DNA of 62,506 nt, the filler included, from Klebsormidium nitens (lineage: Eukaryota; Plantae; Klebsormidiophyceae), in the NCBI GenBank assembly GCA_000708835.1. It is 4 parts of 4 records of this genome, joined end to end, with 100 filler letters (N's around TTAATTAATTAA, not from the genome) between each part and the next. Parts side by side here need not be neighbours in the genome. Positions count along the whole stretch, not along the records: positions 55,422 to 62,506 come from DF238319.1; 3 more parts are not named here. The stretch is one strand, 5' to 3'. The notes under the pieces are model-generated. The model made no database searches. It was given only the letters and a program-made list of their open reading frames with translations, and had not been told where the DNA came from. The stretch's first letter is position 1; each line of letters opens with the position of its first letter. The translations under genes and the position numbers were made by a program. This document shows positions 60,079 through 62,506 of the stretch, piece after piece.

Positions 60079-60806
60079 AGGTGAGGCGAACGAGCTGTCC
60101 GAGATAGGGGACGTGATACCTGTGCTTGCACCTTCAGGGACCAACCTCGAGCAAGAATGACAAAGGAATGAACCAGAAACGAATTTCAGGTCAAAAGTAC
60201 ACCCTCACGCACTGTGAAAATGGCGATGGGCAACTTCATGCCAAAACAGGGCACGCGCCGAGCTCTGCGGACGCGTGCACGCAATCGTACAGTGAAGTAT
60301 GGAGCTACAACCCGGTTTATTTGGACACGTGGATGCCCAAGAAACCCGGGTGACCATCCTGTAAGACTGATTCAGACCAGACAGAAAGTGGCCGGTATTC
60401 TCCGGGATGCCCGGACACGAGGGGTGTCGATACTAGGGCCGCGCGGCCGCATTTCCAAGGGGTAGTGGTTTTGTGAACGCGTGCGCGCGCAGCAACTTAA
60501 AACCATAAAGGCGCGCAACGCGGCCTTTTCGCGGCCGCTGCCCGCCGGTTCTTTAGGAGGCAGTCGCGGGTGTGCGCTCTACACGTGCGGGCGGCGGTTG
60601 CGCGATTTGAGTGGTATTTGAGGCGTGCACTGGCTTGGATGGCCCAGAATCGATACTTGATGACGTGGCATTGTCCTGAAGCTGCCACGCAATGCCAAAA
60701 GAACGTGGCCCGATTAGCCGGAAGCCACGAGCTTTCAAGATCGGATATTGTGAGTAACCGGGGGAAGACGTTGGTAGATTGAGTAGATCTCTAAGACCCG
60801 GTCGGG

Positions 60807-61553
60807 CAAGGCAGTGCCCTTCCCGAACTGTTCGGTGTCGATACCCCTGAACCTCCAAGACTTAAGGACTTGGGGCAGTGCCTTCCAACCAGGGCCCTAA
60901 GTTTCGACGCCGAGCATATTGGCTCAGGGATTAGGCTCTGCCGTCGATCGTATGTCCCTAAGTAGTGACCGGTAGGGTGAGCATGAGGTTGAGGCGGAGG
61001 CTAGGGCCGAGGCCGGCTGTGGTTGCAGTGAAATGGTCGGTGTGTTTCACAGGGTGTCGCGACCTTGAGCGTTTCAACGGTACCGTACTTTACGGATATG
61101 TACCCGGAAGGTTCGCGGTATGAGTCATCATCGACGGTCAAAATGTTAGAGCGCGCCGACGGGCGTCGGAAAAGCAGAGCACGTGACACCGTGGCAGATT
61201 GTGACCGGTTCCGAAAACCGAGAGGTCCGGAAACGTTGAGTTAAACGGTTGGGGCAGTGCACTGAACTTAGGCGTTAGGCCCAGTAGGCGTTACTGTCTC
61301 CCTAAGTTTCGACAATAAACAGCTTTCCTTAGGTAAATAGGCCCATCGTCGGTCGGCATTTCCCTAAGTTTCGACAGCAAGCCCTTATACTTATGAAACA
61401 GAGCAATGTGTCGGTCGGAGTGCCCACTGAGAACCGGGTAGGGGTGGTTATACTTAGGGGTAAGCACACGCAGACTTGTTCATAGCCTTAAGCCAGCGGT
61501 TGTGTTCAGAGGGTTAGGGACAAGTACCGCCGGTTAGGTGCTTCTCCCTAAGT
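60807..61553. repeat. Array of short dispersed motifs: CCCTAAGT(TTCGAC) and TTGGGGCAGTGC
   Basis: CCCTAAGTTTCGAC occurs at 60895, 61300 and 61362. CCCTAAGT occurs at 60956 and 61546, and inverted at 61452. TTGGGGCAGTGC occurs at 60870 and 61249. Confidence 0.8.
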
Positions 61554-62506
61554 GGCTGTATTTTTGACGTGGCTCCCCGCTGTTGGCTACAACTCTCATC
61601 CAAGAGCTGAGGGTCCGCCCCCCCAGGTCACGCTTGATACCTCATCAGATGGTGCCACAGTTGCTGTACTCTCTGCAGCCAAAGCACTGCCGGAGTGCAC
61701 AGGAAGCGACCGGGCCGCTTCTTCAAGGGGGCAGGTTTTCGTCGGGAACCAACTTTAAGTGGCACTTCCGGCCAGAGCTTCGATGTGCGAGATCATAGAG
61801 GTGTTCGTAAAGTTGTCCGATTTGGTGACGTCTTATTATCCGTCGCTAGAAGAGCGCCATTGGTAGGACGCTGCAGCACTTTTGCCCGCCGTGAGCGGCA
61901 GCGCCGAAGAATTCACGGTCAGCTTTAGAATGAGTTACTTGGAGAGGGTATCTTTCGTCGATCGTTTCTTCCCATGCCTTGTGCAAGTTCTTCTCCAGGC
62001 TGTGGATTACGGCGGTGCCTAGTATCCCCGCAAGTTGCGGCGAGCTAGGGATCTTGGCCAAGTTCCAGAATGCGGCCTTTCCTTTCGTTAAAGTTGCGGT
62101 AAGTGAGCCGCTTAGGGCTAAAATATCGTGTAGAGGTTCATGAGCACCTGTTTATACAGCTTGATTCGTGTGGTCTTGGATTGTATACGGTTAAACTTTG
62201 ATCCATCCTACGGAAGCAGAACATGTTTTTGAGTGGAAGGTTTTCGCACCGCACCTTTGTTGGTGCGTGCGGCAGAGTGCTAGGCTCTAGAGGTTGGCAT
62301 TGAGTGGCCGTGGAACAGGCTCGTAGCTGGAAGGACCTTGCAAATGCGCCCTTTCTGGTTACTAGCGTATTTGAGAAAGCCTTATGCATCCGGTTGGAGG
62401 TCGGAAGGACCCCGCTGTGCGTCTTACGTGTCACTGGCTTTTCGCAAAATGCTCTTAGCCTGCGGCGACATTGAGCGGGCAAAGCACAAGCCCCCAAACA
62501 AAAACA

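Noticed and set aside
60895-62117. Telomere or interstitial telomeric tract
   Set aside because: The CCCTAA cores are dispersed with fixed non-telomeric flanks (GTTTCGAC) and are not tandem.

Overview
This is eukaryotic, intron-rich DNA, not prokaryotic. The plant-like RPN9 and MATE genes, a TALE homeobox gene and a DIRS-order retroelement point to a green or streptophyte alga, for example a Klebsormidium-like charophyte (inference). Three 100-N gaps each contain the six-frame-stop linker TTAATTAATTAA. The window is therefore probably four concatenated segments (1-30871, 30972-41917, 42018-55321, 55422-62506), and adjacency across them is not evidence of linkage. Segment 1 holds the 3' part of a disabled MATE transporter gene, an orphan bestrophin exon, an intact 7-exon RPN9, a TALE homeobox gene lacking Asn51, an intact 9-exon Plavaka-type transposase, a 2-exon protein kinase and a 7-exon orphan gene. 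Segment 2 holds a decayed PAT-like tyrosine-recombinase retrotransposon (gag, RT-RNaseH-methylase-like pol, YR) with A1...B1-A2...B2 split direct repeats, plus a tRNA-derived SINE-like head. Segment 3 holds an intact 5-exon CACTA/EnSpm-type transposase with a divergent multi-exon partner gene. Segment 4 holds three apparently intronless ORFs (ankyrin-like repeat, Cys-rich, LRR) with a repeated hairpin+GTGTCGATACTAR motif and a CCCTAAGT motif array. The most interesting signals are in the retroelement: its pol and YR frames lack their own ATG and start at same-phase splice acceptors, a loxP-like 13-8-13 site sits at the B1/A2 junction, and repeat A consists of five consecutive hairpins. All family assignments come from motif recognition by eye; no database searches were run.
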